A stretch of DNA of 64,000 nt from an uncultured Planctomycetota bacterium (GCA_963823665.1 CAWGMQ010000010.1:512001-576000); one strand, 5' to 3'. Shown: positions 1 to 12,254, counted from the first letter of the stretch. Program-made: numbers and translations. The notes: a model not told the origin generated them from the sequence alone.

Positions 1-1080
1 AGCCATGTCCCATCAAGCCAATCCGCCACGCTTTCCCCTTGAACGGCCCGAGCCCGCCGCCGATTTCGATGCCCCACTCCTTGAGCAGCCGCTTCCGCAC
101 CGGTCAGGTCGTCGATGCCGTCAGGAATCTTGACGCAGGCCAACTGCGGCAAGACATGGCCCGCCGCGGTTGCCAGGCTCAGGTCCATCGCGGCAACCCC
201 CGCCTGAAGCGCCCGGCCGTTCAGCACGTGCCGGGCGATTCGGGCTTCGAGGCCTTCGGCCGCGACCAGCGCCAGCGCTTCCCGCAGCGCATAGTTCATG
301 CTGATCGGCGCGGTGTGGTGGTAAAACCGATCGCGTTCCCCAGTAATTCTGAAGCACGCTGAGGTCGAAATACCAGCTCTGCACTTTCGTCTTTCGCTTG
401 CTCAGGGCTTCGACCGCCCGCGGACCAAGCGTCACCGGCGCCAGCCCCGGCGGTGCGCCCAGGCACTTCTGGCTTCCGGAGTAGATCGCGTCGATTTCCC
501 AGCGGTCGGTTTCGACGAGGAAGGCCGCCCAGCGACGTGACGCAGTCGAGCGCCAGCAAAGCCCCGGCGTCGTGAGCAATCCTCGCGATGTCCTCGACCG
601 GCTGCCACGCGCCCGTCGAAGTCTCGGCATGGACCAACCCGACGACCTTGGGCCCCGTGCGCGCAATCGCGGCCTTGACCTCATCTGGATCAAACACCTC
701 GCCGAATGGCCGTTCGATCGTCGTGACCACCGCTCCCGCCCGTTCGGCCACCTCCTTCATCCGGGCACCGAAGATAGCCGCATGACGCAGACCAGCATCT
801 TCTCCCCGGGCTCGATCAAATTGACAACCACGGCTTCCATGCCCGCCGAGCCGGTTCCCGAAATCGCCAGAGTGAGAGGATTCGTCGTCTGGAAAGCGTA
901 GCGGAGCAGCCCCTGAGTCTCGTCCATGATCGCAGCAAATTCAGGGTCCAGGTGTCCCAAAAGCGGTTGATTCATCGCCTCGAGAACCCGCGGCGGAACC
1001 TCGCTAGGTCCCGGCCCCAGCAGCACGCGTTTCGAAACCTTCAAAGGCCCAGGAGCAGCAGGTTTTGGTATAGTCGGCAT
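1..1080 (-). CDS. Alanine-glyoxylate/serine-pyruvate aminotransferase family (class V PLP), frameshifted, 3' end outside window
   Basis: [27 protein letters not shown] and [12 protein letters not shown] motifs spread over ORFs 757..1113, 296..760 and 121..693; GGAG RBS before ATG 1080. Confidence 0.9.
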
Positions 1081-1690
1081 GATTCTCCATCTGACGCGTC
1101 GGTCGAGCCGCAATCGACAACGAACCTAACGCTACACTGCTTTCTTGCATGATCTCGCTGATCGCCTTGAACTCGGGCCGATCCGCAGTTTCGGTCCATT
1201 CGAACAGCACGGCCTCGGTGGTCGAAACGACGGCGCCGGCCCGTTCCAGCCGTCGCAGAGCAAATTCCCAGTCGATCTCGTGCCGCGACGCGACGGCATC
1301 AGCAGGAACCTGCACCGCAAAACCCAGGTCGAGCAGTTCGAGCGCGGTCTGCGCGACGCACACGTGCGCTTCGATTCCCACGATCGTGACATGCCGGACA
1401 TGTCGGCCGTAGAGCTGCTCCAAGAGCGCGGCGACTGCACAGCAATGAAACGTCGTCTTGGCCGGCCGCTCCGGAATCAGTTCGGCAATGGCGGCCGTGG
1501 TCGGTCCCAGCCCGCGCGGGTACTGCTCGGTCGCCCAGATGGGAAGGCCCAGGACCTTCGCGCCCCGGATGAGCGCGACCGAATTCGTTACGGCCTTCTC
1601 GTGGTCCGGAATCAGATTCAGAAGCTTGTCCTGCATGTCGACGGCAAGGAGTGCGGCGTGTCGGCCTGTCAGTCGTTGGGTCTTTCGCAT
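1004..1690 (-). CDS. Isochorismatase family hydrolase
   Basis: [13 protein letters not shown] and [11 protein letters not shown] motifs; 3' end overlaps the next gene, so the true stop may be masked by an indel. Confidence 0.9.
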   Translation of the reverse strand: MRKTQRLTGRHAALLAVDMQDKLLNLIPDHEKAVTNSVALIRGAKVLGLPIWATEQYPRGLGPTTAAIAELIPERPAKTTFHCCAVAALLEQLYGRHVRHVTIVGIEAHVCVAQTALELLDLGFAVQVPADAVASRHEIDWEFALRRLERAGAVVSTTEAVLFEWTETADRPEFKAISEIMQESSVALGSLSIAARPTRQMENHADYTKTCCSWAFEGFETRAAGAGT

Positions 1691-1975
1691 ATTCGCTCCT
1701 TCGCAACAGGCCCCGCGTGATTGGATCGGTTCGGGACGCCGCCGATCCGGAAAGAATCGTCTTCCCTTGAAGCGATGCTAAGGCGGCATTCACGGCCCTG
1801 TCAAGAATTGCGCCGTGGGTCGCCCGTGCCTCGCGCACGCAGGCGCGTCTTGCTGCGCAGTCGCGATCAAGTTACGATCGCATTCAAGCGGTGCACATGG
1901 TTTGTTTGTGCGGTTTGGTGTTTACGGCTCATCGATGAGTACTGGGCCGGATCGTTCACGCCGGGGAAAAGCGGT

Positions 1976-3871
1976 GTGGCTGAAAAGCCTCGACTTCTGG
2001 TAATTGATCGCGACAGCTCGCATGAAAAGTCGAGCCTCGGCCACCTTTCCGAATCATTCGACCACGTATCGGTGCGCTCGGTGGCGAAGGCCCTCGCGCT
2101 CTTGCGAGACCAGAGCTTCGACGCCGTCTTCGTCGATGCCTCGCAATTCTCGGCCCTGCGCTGGGTCGGCATGGTGATGCAGGCCGGCGAGATCCTCGAC
2201 GCGATCTCCGACGGCGTCGCCGTCGTTGATCCGGATTTGAGAATCATCTGGGCCAACCCCGAATTCCAGTCGCTCTGTGGGTCGAATGAGCCAAAGGTGG
2301 GCAGTTCTTTCTACGACGCGCTCGGCAAGGCCGAAACCCTGGGATCGGAGCCCTGCGCCTTCGCTGTGGCGGTGGCATCGAAGGCGTCTGCCAGCACGGC
2401 CCTCAAGCTCGCCGGGGGGCGTTATATTCGCCTGACGGTCACCCCCGTCTTCGACGCCGCCGGCTCGCTCACGCACATGATCGCCCTCACGCGGGAAACG
2501 ACCAGCGAGACCCAGCAGCAGCTCAAGGTCGATGCCATCCACGAGGCTGGCGACGAGCTCGCAGACCTGAGCCCGGCCGAGCTCGCCGAGATGACCGTCG
2601 AAGAGCGGACGGACTTGCTCAAGTATAACATCAGTCGCCACATGAGGGACCTCCTCGGCCTCGATTTCATCGAAATCCGGCTGCTCGACCGCACCACCAA
2701 CCGGCTCATCCCCCTCCTGACCGAGGGCATGACGCCCTTGGCCGCCAACCGTGAGCTCTATGCCCGCGTCGACGCAAACGGGGTCACCGGCTTCGTCGCG
2801 GCCACCGGCAAGACCTACGTTTGCCCCGACACAACCAAGGATCCTCGCTACATCGAAGGCGCGGCAGGCTCTCGCAGCTCCCTTACTGTCCCGCTCACGA
2901 TCCACGGCACCGTGATCGGCACGCTCAACGTCGAGAGCCCGCAGCCGGGCGCGTTCGACGAGCGCGACCAGCAATTCATCGAAATCTACGGTCGCAACAT
3001 CGCCGCGGCGATCAACACCCTCGAGCTCTTGCAGGCCGAGAAGCTGACCACCGCCCGCACCCAGGTCGAAGCCATCAACCGCGAGCTTGCCCTTCCCCTC
3101 GACGACATCATCGCCGATGCCACCACCGTGCTCGACCGTTACGCCGGCCATGATGAAGACATCATCTCCCGGCTCCGCCACCTGCTCTACCGGGCAAGGG
3201 AAATCCGCAGCTTGGTCCACAAGGCCGGTACCGTCCCTTCCGGTCCCAGCCCCATCCAGGCCCCGCCCGGTCCCGCGCAGCGCTTGAGTGGCACGCGTCT
3301 CTTGGTCGTCGATTTCGACGAGGCGATCCGCAAATCGGCGCATCATCTCCTCGGTTGCCAGGGTGCAAGCGTCGAAACCGCCCACGACGCCAAGGAGGCA
3401 ATCGCGCTCATGCGCCAGACCGCCTACTCGGCGGCGCTGGTCGATATCCGCCTGCCGGATCTCGACGGCTACGAAGCGTTCAAGCGCCTCCGCGAAGTCC
3501 AGCCGAGTGTGCCCATCATCCTCATGACCGGCTTCGGCTGGGACCCAACCCATTCCATCGTCAAGGCACGCCAGGAAGGCCTGCAGACCGTGCTTTACAA
3601 ACCGTTTCGCGCCGACCGCTTGATGGAGGCCGTCGAGCAAGCCCTCCGCAGCGTCACCCCCGGCCGCACCGCCGCCGGTGCTCCCCAGGTTGCTGCCGCC
3701 CCGCCTCAAGCGCCGGCACAGGCTCCCACCCCAACTTCCGCCACTCTATCGCCTGCTTCTACACCGTCCGGCTCGAATTCCCACCCACCCACTCCCCTCT
3801 CATCCTCCGTCAATCCGGCCGAGTCAGAGACCGCAGCCCATTCGCCCGGCAAGGCACCGCAAGATGAATGA
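1976..3871 (+). CDS. Signalling protein: REC-like / PAS / GAF / HisKA-like helix / REC
   Basis: PAS (ILDAISDGVAVVD..IIWANP), GAF (GVTGFVAATG..SLTVPL..GTLNVES), C-terminal REC (VDIRLPDLDG, ILMTG, KPF); GTG start inferred. Confidence 0.85.
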   Translation: MAEKPRLLVIDRDSSHEKSSLGHLSESFDHVSVRSVAKALALLRDQSFDAVFVDASQFSALRWVGMVMQAGEILDAISDGVAVVDPDLRIIWANPEFQSLCGSNEPKVGSSFYDALGKAETLGSEPCAFAVAVASKASASTALKLAGGRYIRLTVTPVFDAAGSLTHMIALTRETTSETQQQLKVDAIHEAGDELADLSPAELAEMTVEERTDLLKYNISRHMRDLLGLDFIEIRLLDRTTNRLIPLLTEGMTPLAANRELYARVDANGVTGFVAATGKTYVCPDTTKDPRYIEGAAGSRSSLTVPLTIHGTVIGTLNVESPQPGAFDERDQQFIEIYGRNIAAAINTLELLQAEKLTTARTQVEAINRELALPLDDIIADATTVLDRYAGHDEDIISRLRHLLYRAREIRSLVHKAGTVPSGPSPIQAPPGPAQRLSGTRLLVVDFDEAIRKSAHHLLGCQGASVETAHDAKEAIALMRQTAYSAALVDIRLPDLDGYEAFKRLREVQPSVPIILMTGFGWDPTHSIVKARQEGLQTVLYKPFRADRLMEAVEQALRSVTPGRTAAGAPQVAAAPPQAPAQAPTPTSATLSPASTPSGSNSHPPTPLSSSVNPAESETAAHSPGKAPQDE

Positions 3872-5021
3872 CTGGCAACGGCCGGTCGCGCTCTTGCTCG
3901 TTCTGCCGGCCGCGATCGGGCATGTAGCCCACTTCGTGCTCTTGATCAACGTGGCCAGCGGCCTGGGTTATCGCGAAGCCCTCATGGACCGCGTCCGATT
4001 CTGGATCTTCGCCGCACTCTGGGTTTCGTCCGCCGGTCTGCTCTGGATGCATCTCCACGACCCATTCTGGAACTGGCCCTGGCCTCTCTTCGGTTATGCG
4101 GTCCTCTGTGTGATCTCGGGCACCATCATCTTGCCGCTCGCCTCGCTCTACCTCGCGCTGCGCAGGCGCCCAGCGGGAATCACCGGCTCGTCCCGCACGG
4201 TTTACCTCGCTCTCGAAGAAGGTCGCAACGCGTTGATCGGCACCGGAAAACACTCCTGGCTTTTGCACTTGCCGGGCCAAGATTCGTTCCGCCTCTGTCT
4301 GCGCGAATGGGAGGTTGTCGTGCCCGCCCTGCCGGCCTCGCTCGATGGTCTCCAGATCGTCCAGCTCAGCGACTTCCACTTCGCCCGTAGTTTCGAGCGC
4401 CGCTACTTCGATCGGGTCATCGACGTTTGCCGCGAGTCGACCGCCGACCTGCTCTTGGTCACCGGCGACATCATCGAAACCGACGACGTGATCGACTGGA
4501 TCGAGCCCGTTCTCTCACCACTGAGCGCACGCCTCGGCAAGTTCGCCGTTCTGGGCAACCACGATCACCAGCACCATCCGCACGACGTGGCAGACGCTCT
4601 CGTCCGCAGCGGGTTTGTCATGCTCGAGGGTCGATGGACCACGCTCTCCGCGGGCGGGTCCACCATCGCTTTGGGCGGCACCTCCGCCCCCTGGGGCCCA
4701 GCAATCAACCCGCTCGCCGCGCCGCCGGCCGATCTCCGCATTCTCCTGAGCCACTCGCCCGACCTCCTCTATCAAGCGCAGGATTGGGGGGTGGACCTGA
4801 TGTTCTCCGGCCACAATCACGGCGGCCAGATCCGCCTCCCGCTGGTGGGCGCCGTCTTCATGCCCAGCCGCTACTCGCGGCGCTTCGACCGCGGATTCTT
4901 CCGCGCCAAGACCACGCTGCTCTACGTGAACGAGGGCATCGCCGGCAAGCACCCGGTTCGATATGGCTGCCCACCGGAGATCAGCCGATTCGTGCTGAAG
5001 CAGAAACCTCGAATTGAGTAG
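3864..5021 (+). CDS. Membrane-anchored metallophosphoesterase (YkuE-like)
   Basis: N-terminal TM helices; SDFH, TGD, GNHD, LSHSPD and SGHNHGGQ motifs. Confidence 0.9.
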   Translation: MNDWQRPVALLLVLPAAIGHVAHFVLLINVASGLGYREALMDRVRFWIFAALWVSSAGLLWMHLHDPFWNWPWPLFGYAVLCVISGTIILPLASLYLALRRRPAGITGSSRTVYLALEEGRNALIGTGKHSWLLHLPGQDSFRLCLREWEVVVPALPASLDGLQIVQLSDFHFARSFERRYFDRVIDVCRESTADLLLVTGDIIETDDVIDWIEPVLSPLSARLGKFAVLGNHDHQHHPHDVADALVRSGFVMLEGRWTTLSAGGSTIALGGTSAPWGPAINPLAAPPADLRILLSHSPDLLYQAQDWGVDLMFSGHNHGGQIRLPLVGAVFMPSRYSRRFDRGFFRAKTTLLYVNEGIAGKHPVRYGCPPEISRFVLKQKPRIE

Positions 5022-5109
5022 GTCAGGCTTTAGCCTGACGATTCCATTATAATCTACGGATGCCGTTGCGGAGATGCCCTTACCTGGATTCACTCGGAGT
5101 TCCGCGGCA

Positions 5110-5805
5110 ATGCCGTCACCATTTCCGGGGATGGACCCATACCTGGAAAAACCAAGCCTCGGGCGAGATGTCCATCACGGCTTTATCTCCGCTTCACAAG
5201 CACTGCTGAACGCACAATTGCGTCCCAACTACTTCGTGAGGATCGGCGAACGGACTTACATCGATGATGAGTCGGTCGTGATTTCCGGTCGACGCGTGGC
5301 GCCTTCGAACGAGGAGCTTCGCGACCCATTCCTGAACATCGTCGACACCGAATCCCGCGATGTCGTGACGGTCATCGAGCTCCTGAACCCGACGACCAAG
5401 ATTCCCGGCTCCAACGGCCGCGAGAGCTTTGAACGGCACCGGCGTGAGGTTCTTTCCTCTCCCAGCCATTTGGTGGAGATTGACTTCCTGCGTGGGATTC
5501 GCATTCTACCCGTTCCGGCGGAAGTCGCAACGCACGATTACGTCGCGCTTGTCTCGAGAAAGGGCTCGCGGCCTCAAGGCGAGCTTTATCCGATTCGCTT
5601 GACCGAGCGGCTTCCGGCAATCGCGATCCCCCTCAAAGCCGGCGACCCCGACGCGCGGCTCGATCTTCAAGCCCTGATTGAACAGACTTATGATCGCGCC
5701 GGGTACGACCTCGAAATTGACTATAACCAGGAGCCCGACCCACCGCTCTCGGCGAATATGGCCGCGTGGGCCGATCAGATGTTACGCTCGAAGGGGATGC
5801 GCTAG
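5110..5805 (+). CDS. DUF4058 family protein (restriction-endonuclease-like)
   Basis: MPSPFPGMDPYLE N-terminus; VTVIELL and HLVEIDFLR motifs. Confidence 0.9.
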   Translation: MPSPFPGMDPYLEKPSLGRDVHHGFISASQALLNAQLRPNYFVRIGERTYIDDESVVISGRRVAPSNEELRDPFLNIVDTESRDVVTVIELLNPTTKIPGSNGRESFERHRREVLSSPSHLVEIDFLRGIRILPVPAEVATHDYVALVSRKGSRPQGELYPIRLTERLPAIAIPLKAGDPDARLDLQALIEQTYDRAGYDLEIDYNQEPDPPLSANMAAWADQMLRSKGMR

Positions 5806-5853
5806 GTCCGCGGTCGGTTCCACACAAATGGTTCTTTGACCAAGGAGGGTTCG

Positions 5854-8494
5854 ATGTGGCTTATTTCGCGCCAATTCACCGCTCTTGCACTTCTCGCGGC
5901 GGCACTCCTTCCCTCGCCGAGCGAGGCCAAGGCATTCGGCTTCCCCACGCCCCCGCCGGTACTGGACCCGAAGACGTACGTCTCTCCCTCGGGACGATAC
6001 ACCCTGCTCGTCGATCCCAGCAACATGCACGGCCGCGGTCTCGCGACTTACCGATTATCAAAGAATGGACATGAAGTCTGGTCCGGTGAGAAAGCCTTTT
6101 CGCTCTGGGACGCCCGCGTGACCGACGAAGGGGTTGCGGCTGGCTACGCCTATTCGGAAGGGCCGCTAGGCTTCCGGATCCACGGCGACTTTCACGTCGT
6201 CATACTCGCCGAGGATGGTACCATTCGCCTGGACCATGTCACGAAGCGCGAGGGGAGGCGCCTTTGAGAACGGCGTACCGAACCCGGTCGCGAAAGGGAT
6301 CGTGCTCGATGAGGCTAACGACCGGCTCCTGATTCGCATCGCGGACCCGGACCTGAATCAGAACCTCGAATCCTGGTGGATCTACCGGACCTCCACGGGC
6401 AAGCAACTGACAACCGTGCGCCCATACCAGCAGATAACCCAGAAACCGCCCAGGAGATCCATCCTTCCGGAGAAGTCCATCGACCAGGTAGAGCTTGTAT
6501 CGAAGACCCCGCTCACGCTCCTGAACTGGTCGTGCTATGACATCGAGAAACTCGAAGAGCGCGGTGCGCAGTTCACGCTGATCGATCTCGACGCGCGCCC
6601 CGTCTGGACACTTCGCCTGGAGAAAGGCGGCGAGATCGCCGCATGTCCGCGCGGCGGGCACTTCGCCCTCATCGATCGCTCCACAAACCAGAGGATCGAG
6701 TTCTCGACCCGTCGCGGCGTGAACGGGCAATATATGATCACGGAGATCCACCGGGAACCGGCGCCTCGGCCCGTCACCGCGCAGCCTTCCACCGCGATCC
6801 GCGATCGGCCGCTCCGGTCTCTCGGCCGAATCGAATTGCGAAGACCGGCCCGAGCAATTCCGTTGCCGATCCAGCGGGTTCACGACTTCGTCATCGACTC
6901 CCACGGGAGGATCGCCTTCGTCAATGAGAATGCGAAAACAACGAGCCTCATGCGGGTCGATGCGTCCGGAAAGACTTGCGGCTCCCTCTCGCTCGACGCG
7001 GTCGAGGGAGGAGGGAATTCAGAGCTCCTGTTCGCTCATGTCGGCGGCGAGCGGTTTGTCTTGATCAAATCAACGTCTGAGCACGGCAATTGCGCGGGCA
7101 CAACTTGGTGGGCGGACTTCACGACCGGCAAGACGACCGCGATTACTAATTTTGATCGTTCGCACGTCGCCTATGTCGCCGGTTTCCTCGACGGCAGGTT
7201 CGCAGTCGGTGCATGGGATTGCGACGAGGGCATCACCGCCTTCGACGCCCAGGGCAGGAGAGCTTGGTCACAGCGGTCCGATCCTTTGGCAAATGGTCGC
7301 ACGCTGATGCGCCAGAGCCCCAAAGCACTGACGGTCACCACCACCGGAGAGGTCGTGGCCCTGGAAATCGACAGCAAGTCCGTCTACCGTTTTGACCAAA
7401 ACGGACGGCATCTCGGTACGCTCGACCTCGCGAAGGCCTGGGGCCGCGAGCCCAACGACCCGACCGGGATCGAGGCGGACAAAGCCGGCGGCTTCATCAT
7501 CTCCGATTCCAAGGGCTCGCCGCCGGTTGTTCGCATGAACGCCGATGGATCAGTTCGAGCGGCGTTTCAACCGCGGCACCCCGACGGTCGAGGCACCGGA
7601 ACCGAAGTGAAGGTCGCCCCCGACGGACGGCTCTGGACGTGTGACGGCCGTGCGCTCCTGCGTCTCGACGACGCCGGCGTGGTCGATCGGGTTCTCAGCG
7701 ATCCTCCGGACCCCGCGCAACTCGAAAGGATCTCGGCGCTCGAGGTCGACCAGACGGGCCGGATCTATGCGGCCGATTGGCGGACCGGCGCGGTCCACGT
7801 GTTCAATCCCCGCGGACAATTCCTTCGCACCTGTGCGCCGAGCCCGACTGACCTCGAGGGCCACTTCGGCGGTGAACAGCTCACAGTGTCTGACGACGGC
7901 CACGTCTATCTCGGCCTCGGCGATTTTGTGAACAAACGGGCCGGCCAGTACGTCCATTTCCTCCCCGACGGAACCCGACAAGGCATCGAGACCCTCGCTC
8001 TCGATAGCATCAGACAAGACTGGCACCTCCAGCCAGGTACGGCTAATCGTTGGGTCGTCACCTACGAGAACGTCCTCCTCGCCGACCGCGCCGGTACGAT
8101 TCTGAAAACCATCGACCGCTGCCCCGACCGGAAATGGCTGGAATACCCCGGTGAGGCGTCTGTCGCACCCGACGGATCGCTTGCGGTCGTCGCCCGCAGC
8201 GCTGTAAACCTCTACAGCGCGACCGGAGACCCGATTCGCACCATCCCCATCCCCGCCCAGTTCGAAGGCTCGCACGCCCCGATCGCCTACAACGGCAAGT
8301 GGGTCGCACTCTGGGACAAGAGCGGCGTCATTCTGTTCGACTTCTCGAGCCAGAAATGGCGACAGTTCTCGCTCCGCAGCGAAGTTGTCAGTGTCCGCTT
8401 CGGCTGCAGTCTCGCCCTGGCACCAAACGGCCGCGAGCTGCTGCTCCACTACGGCGGAAGCACGATTGCCCGATACGAGTTGCCGCGAGCTTGA
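5854..8494 (+). CDS. Secreted beta-propeller (NHL-like) protein, frameshift near 6260
   Basis: Signal peptide, AAGGAGG RBS, repeated propeller blades (e.g. VDQTGRIYAAD); joins ORFs 5836..6267 and 6215..8494. Confidence 0.7.
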
Positions 8495-8509
8495 TCGCCA
8501 GCTCAGCAA

Positions 8510-10633
8510 TCAAATAAACACACGTCTGTTATAAACATACCACTCAACCAGCAGCACCCCCAGCACGAGCAGCGCGAAGTACCACCAGATGTCCTTGCGC
8601 ACAACCGGGGGCTTCTGGGTTCCCTTCACGGCGTTGTAGCCGATCTTGATCTTGTAGCTTTCAGCCAACGAGTCAGGTGCGCCGAAAGGCACAATTCCAC
8701 GCGTGGCCAGATCGCTTTCACGAACGTCGAAGATGTTCACCGCAAACGGCAGGCTGCCGTTCTTCTCCCACTGGGCCAGGTAAACGCCCGTCTTGTCCGC
8801 CCGGTTGAAGACGAACGAGCCTTGCGGCGAGCGCGTCACGGTCTCGACGGTTGCTCCCCCCAGCGGGGCCACCGTGATCGACTTCCCAGCGGTCTCCGGG
8901 TGCAGCACGATCGGTGCCCCCGGTTCGGCAATCTCTTCGCCGGAACCTTCACGCACGTTGCCCAGGTTCTGAAGTGCATTGATCACGAATAAAGGAAAGC
9001 TGATAAAGCGAAACCACGTCGTGTTGGGGTTCACTCCGTCCATCAAAGGAAACGTCACCACGGCGTCGGTATAGCCTTCCCGCGGCGCGACGAACGCCAG
9101 CGAGCCCTGGTTGGAGTCGACCAGACTCTTGGCGCCGTTGGGAAGCTCGACCGTCTGTGCTTTCGCGACGACGATCAGCGAGAGGTCACGAACGTACTGC
9201 ATGAGCGGATGGCCGATGTCCACGTCGAGCACGACCGGCTGCACCACGTCTTTGGGCTTCGCATACTCCGGGCCCACTGGGAAAACACCGAAGTAGAGGG
9301 CATTGGCCGGCGGAGCGCTCTCCGGCTTGACGCCGTCGTAGATGATCAGGTCATAGCGGCCGCCACTGATATCGCGGGCAACCGCCGGGGTTTTGAGCTC
9401 TTCGGCGCGACGATCGTCACATCCGCCCGTTCCGCTGCGGCCGGGGTCTTGAGCGTATCGGTCAAATACCGGTCGCCCGCGCTCACGGCCAGCACCTGCG
9501 CCTTGCGGGTCGTTCCCGCGATGGTGTAGGCGTGGTTGTCGACTTCAAGCGCGTCGCTCACGGTCAGCCGCACTTCAAGCCCGGTCAGCTCCGACTCGGG
9601 CAGATCAAACTTGAACGATTGGTCGCTCTGCGCCGGGATTTTGAGCGCGATCGCGTCGATCAGCTTGGTTTCCTCGCCGCTCTTACCGGTCGATAACCGA
9701 TAAAGCTGTGCTTCGGTTTCCACCTCTTCGGCGCGGAAATTCCGCACCCGGCCGAAGAGCTGGTAAACATCCGGCTTCTCTTCATCGCGGCGTGTTTGAA
9801 GCGCGAGTATTCCGACGTTGTCCGACGGGTTCGACTTCTTGGCGTTCGAATTCGTCGGCACAGCCTCGCTGGGCGCCGCCGAGTAGGGCGGCGGTGGAGT
9901 CCCGATCACCACCACTTCAGGCTCGAGATTGCCCAGACTGAAACCCTCGACGTCCTCAAATCCACCGTCCGTGTAGATATAAAGTTTGGGCGTGATCACC
10001 GACGAGGCAACCACCCCCTCGCCGATCTGCTTCGACGGATTCGCGAGCCCGGCCGCCACTTGCAGCCCGTCGCGCAGCGAGGTGTCGCGCCTGCGTCGGC
10101 TCGATCGCATCAATCCGGCTCGCCAGCGTCCGGCGATCGCTCGTGTAGTTCGAAACGACCTGTGCCGAATCGGCGAACTTGATCACCATCGCCAGGTCGT
10201 CGCCCTCCATGTCGCTGACCACCTTCTTGGCCTGCTCCTTCGCTTTCGTCAGCCGTGACTGGCCTAGATCGGTCGCCGACATGCTGGCCGAGCAGTCGAT
10301 CATCAGCACGAACCGCTGCCCCTGTCCGGCCGTCCCCTTCATCCGCGGCCCGGCGAGTGCCAGCATCGCAAGTGCAACCGCCAGAAGCTGCAGAAAAAGC
10401 AGCAGATTGCGCCGCAGCCTCTGGAACAAGCTGTTCACGTGCAGGTCTTCCAGACTCTTGCGCCAGAGGATGGTGCTCGGCACGCGCACCGGCCTTCGCC
10501 TGAGCTTGAGAAAATAAAGCGCAATGATCCCGACCGGCACGCCCGCCACCACGAACCACAGCGGTATCGACAGCGGCGAGCTGAATTCCCATGGCAACCG
10601 GAACGAGCTCACCCGAGTCCACAATCCCGACAT
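8510..10633 (-). CDS. BatA N-terminal / VWA domain membrane protein, frameshifted
   Basis: IIALYFLKLRR..VPSTILW (BatA), DCSASMS MIDAS and a C-terminal TM; split over three ORFs. Confidence 0.85.
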
Positions 10634-10660
10634 CGCCTCACCTCATCTCGCTAGCTCACG

Positions 10661-10798
10661 TTACAGTTCCGCTTCCGACCGCCCATCCCCCGCCCGCAGC
10701 CCCTTGCGCCGTCGAATCATCATATACACGATATAAGCGATCAACGCCCCAGCCAGCGGAAAGAAAATCAGCGGATTCTTGATAGACCAGTCGTTCAT
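10661..10798 (-). CDS. Small single-TM protein (45 aa), not in ORF track
   Basis: Hand translation MNDWSIKNPLIFFPLAGALIAYIVYMMIRRRKGLRAGDGRSEAEL*; fills the operon gap, hydrophobic helix then basic tail. Confidence 0.55.
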   Translation of the reverse strand: MNDWSIKNPLIFFPLAGALIAYIVYMMIRRRKGLRAGDGRSEAEL

Positions 10799-10805
10799 TC
10801 AGCAC

Positions 10806-11792
10806 CTACTTGACCAACCCCCGCTTGCGCAAATAATTAAGGATAAGCTTATCAAAAGGATACTGATTGCTCGTGAAGATATACGTGATCCCCCGCTGCG
10901 TGCACCACTCCTTGATCCCCCCCACAAACGCGTTCAAATTCTCCTTGTACCGTTTGATCAAGGGCGCGCTCACCGTAATCTCGGCAATCTCGTCGTCCTC
11001 GCAGTCGACCAGCCGCAGATCCCCTACCATCGTCGGGTCGATCTCCTCCTGCGATAGGACTTGAATCACGTAAATATCCATGTTCCTCGCCAGCAGGTAC
11101 CGCAGCGCATCCTGATACCCGCGTTTATCCAGAAAATCCGAGATCACCACCACCACCCCTTTGCCTGCATGCCGGATGGCGAACTCCCGGGCCGCCGTGG
11201 TCAAGTCGCTCGAGCCGGTCGCCTTCAACTGGTCCAGGTACTGGACCACCCGCCACATCTGCGACCGCCCGCGGATGCCATGCAGCCCCCGCTCCAGCCG
11301 CGCGCTGAACGTGTCGACCAGGATCCGGTCATGATTGCAAAGCCCGATGAACGCCAGCGCCGCGGCCACCTGCTTGCCATACCGCAGCTTCGTCGGCGTC
11401 CCGAAATCCATCGACAAGCTGGTATCCAGCACCGCGTAGACGTGCAGGTCCTCTTCTTCCAGAAAGAGCTTGAGAAACAACTTGTCCAGCCGCCCATAGA
11501 CATTCCAGTCGATGTGCCGCATGTCGTCGCCGACGGCGTAATTCCGATGCTCGGCAAACTCCACCGACGAGCCCCGCCGCTTGCTCTTCCGCTCACCCTT
11601 CATCCGCCCCACGAAGATCCGCTTGCTCACCAGCTCGAGCTGCTCCAGCTTGTGCAGGAACTCCGGCTCCAGCAGCGGTCCGGTCGAAGAAGTAGCAGGC
11701 GAGCTTGCCGCCGCCCCCTCCGCGGCCTCCGCGCCAAGAGCCTTGCCTGTCGCGCCCAGTTCGCTCACCGCCGTGGTTTCTGTTCCGCTCAT
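10806..11792 (-). CDS. DUF58 domain protein
   Basis: GSSVEFAEHRNY..GDDMRHIDWNVYGR, LDTSLSM and VVISDF motifs. Confidence 0.92.
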   Translation of the reverse strand: MSGTETTAVSELGATGKALGAEAAEGAAASSPATSSTGPLLEPEFLHKLEQLELVSKRIFVGRMKGERKSKRRGSSVEFAEHRNYAVGDDMRHIDWNVYGRLDKLFLKLFLEEEDLHVYAVLDTSLSMDFGTPTKLRYGKQVAAALAFIGLCNHDRILVDTFSARLERGLHGIRGRSQMWRVVQYLDQLKATGSSDLTTAAREFAIRHAGKGVVVVISDFLDKRGYQDALRYLLARNMDIYVIQVLSQEEIDPTMVGDLRLVDCEDDEIAEITVSAPLIKRYKENLNAFVGGIKEWCTQRGITYIFTSNQYPFDKLILNYLRKRGLVK

Positions 11793-11868
11793 TTCAGTCG
11801 GTTCCTCGGTCTGCCTCAAACACCCCGCGGGTGGGCTCTTGAAAACTCATGTGAAGAAAAGAAGAAAC

Positions 11869-12234
11869 TCACCCGTAATAGTCCGAAACCCAGAACAGCA
11901 TGAGCATCACGCTGACCGCCACGCCCAGCCCGACCAGCCACGGCACAATCGCCGCCAGGAAAATCAGCCAGCGCAGCTTGAGCTTCAGCGGCCGCGTCCG
12001 GTGCATGAAGCCCAGCGCCGTGAACCAGCTCTCGAGGATCACGAGCGAGCCTGCCGCCGCCGTGCAGATCGCCAGCTCCGGCTCGTTTCGCCAGGCCAGG
12101 AGCGAGCCGCCCAACAGCACCGCGCACAGCCCGATCAGACACGCCAGGTCGCCCGCCGTGAAGACCAGGCGCTCGGGTTTGGGAGGAACATAGTCCTCGG
12201 TTAGTGCCGGCGGCGGGTCATATCGGTCACGCAT
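11869..12234 (-). CDS. Small membrane protein in MoxR operon
   Basis: About three hydrophobic helices; co-oriented with the operon. Confidence 0.7.
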   Translation of the reverse strand: MRDRYDPPPALTEDYVPPKPERLVFTAGDLACLIGLCAVLLGGSLLAWRNEPELAICTAAAGSLVILESWFTALGFMHRTRPLKLKLRWLIFLAAIVPWLVGLGVAVSVMLMLFWVSDYYG

Positions 12235-12254
12235 GGCTTTCCTGTTCCGAAGCA

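Noticed and set aside
2054..3709. Long antisense ORFs (also 14546..16210, 23728..24840, 46281..47348)
   Set aside because: Shadow frames of GC-rich genes with no recognisable motifs
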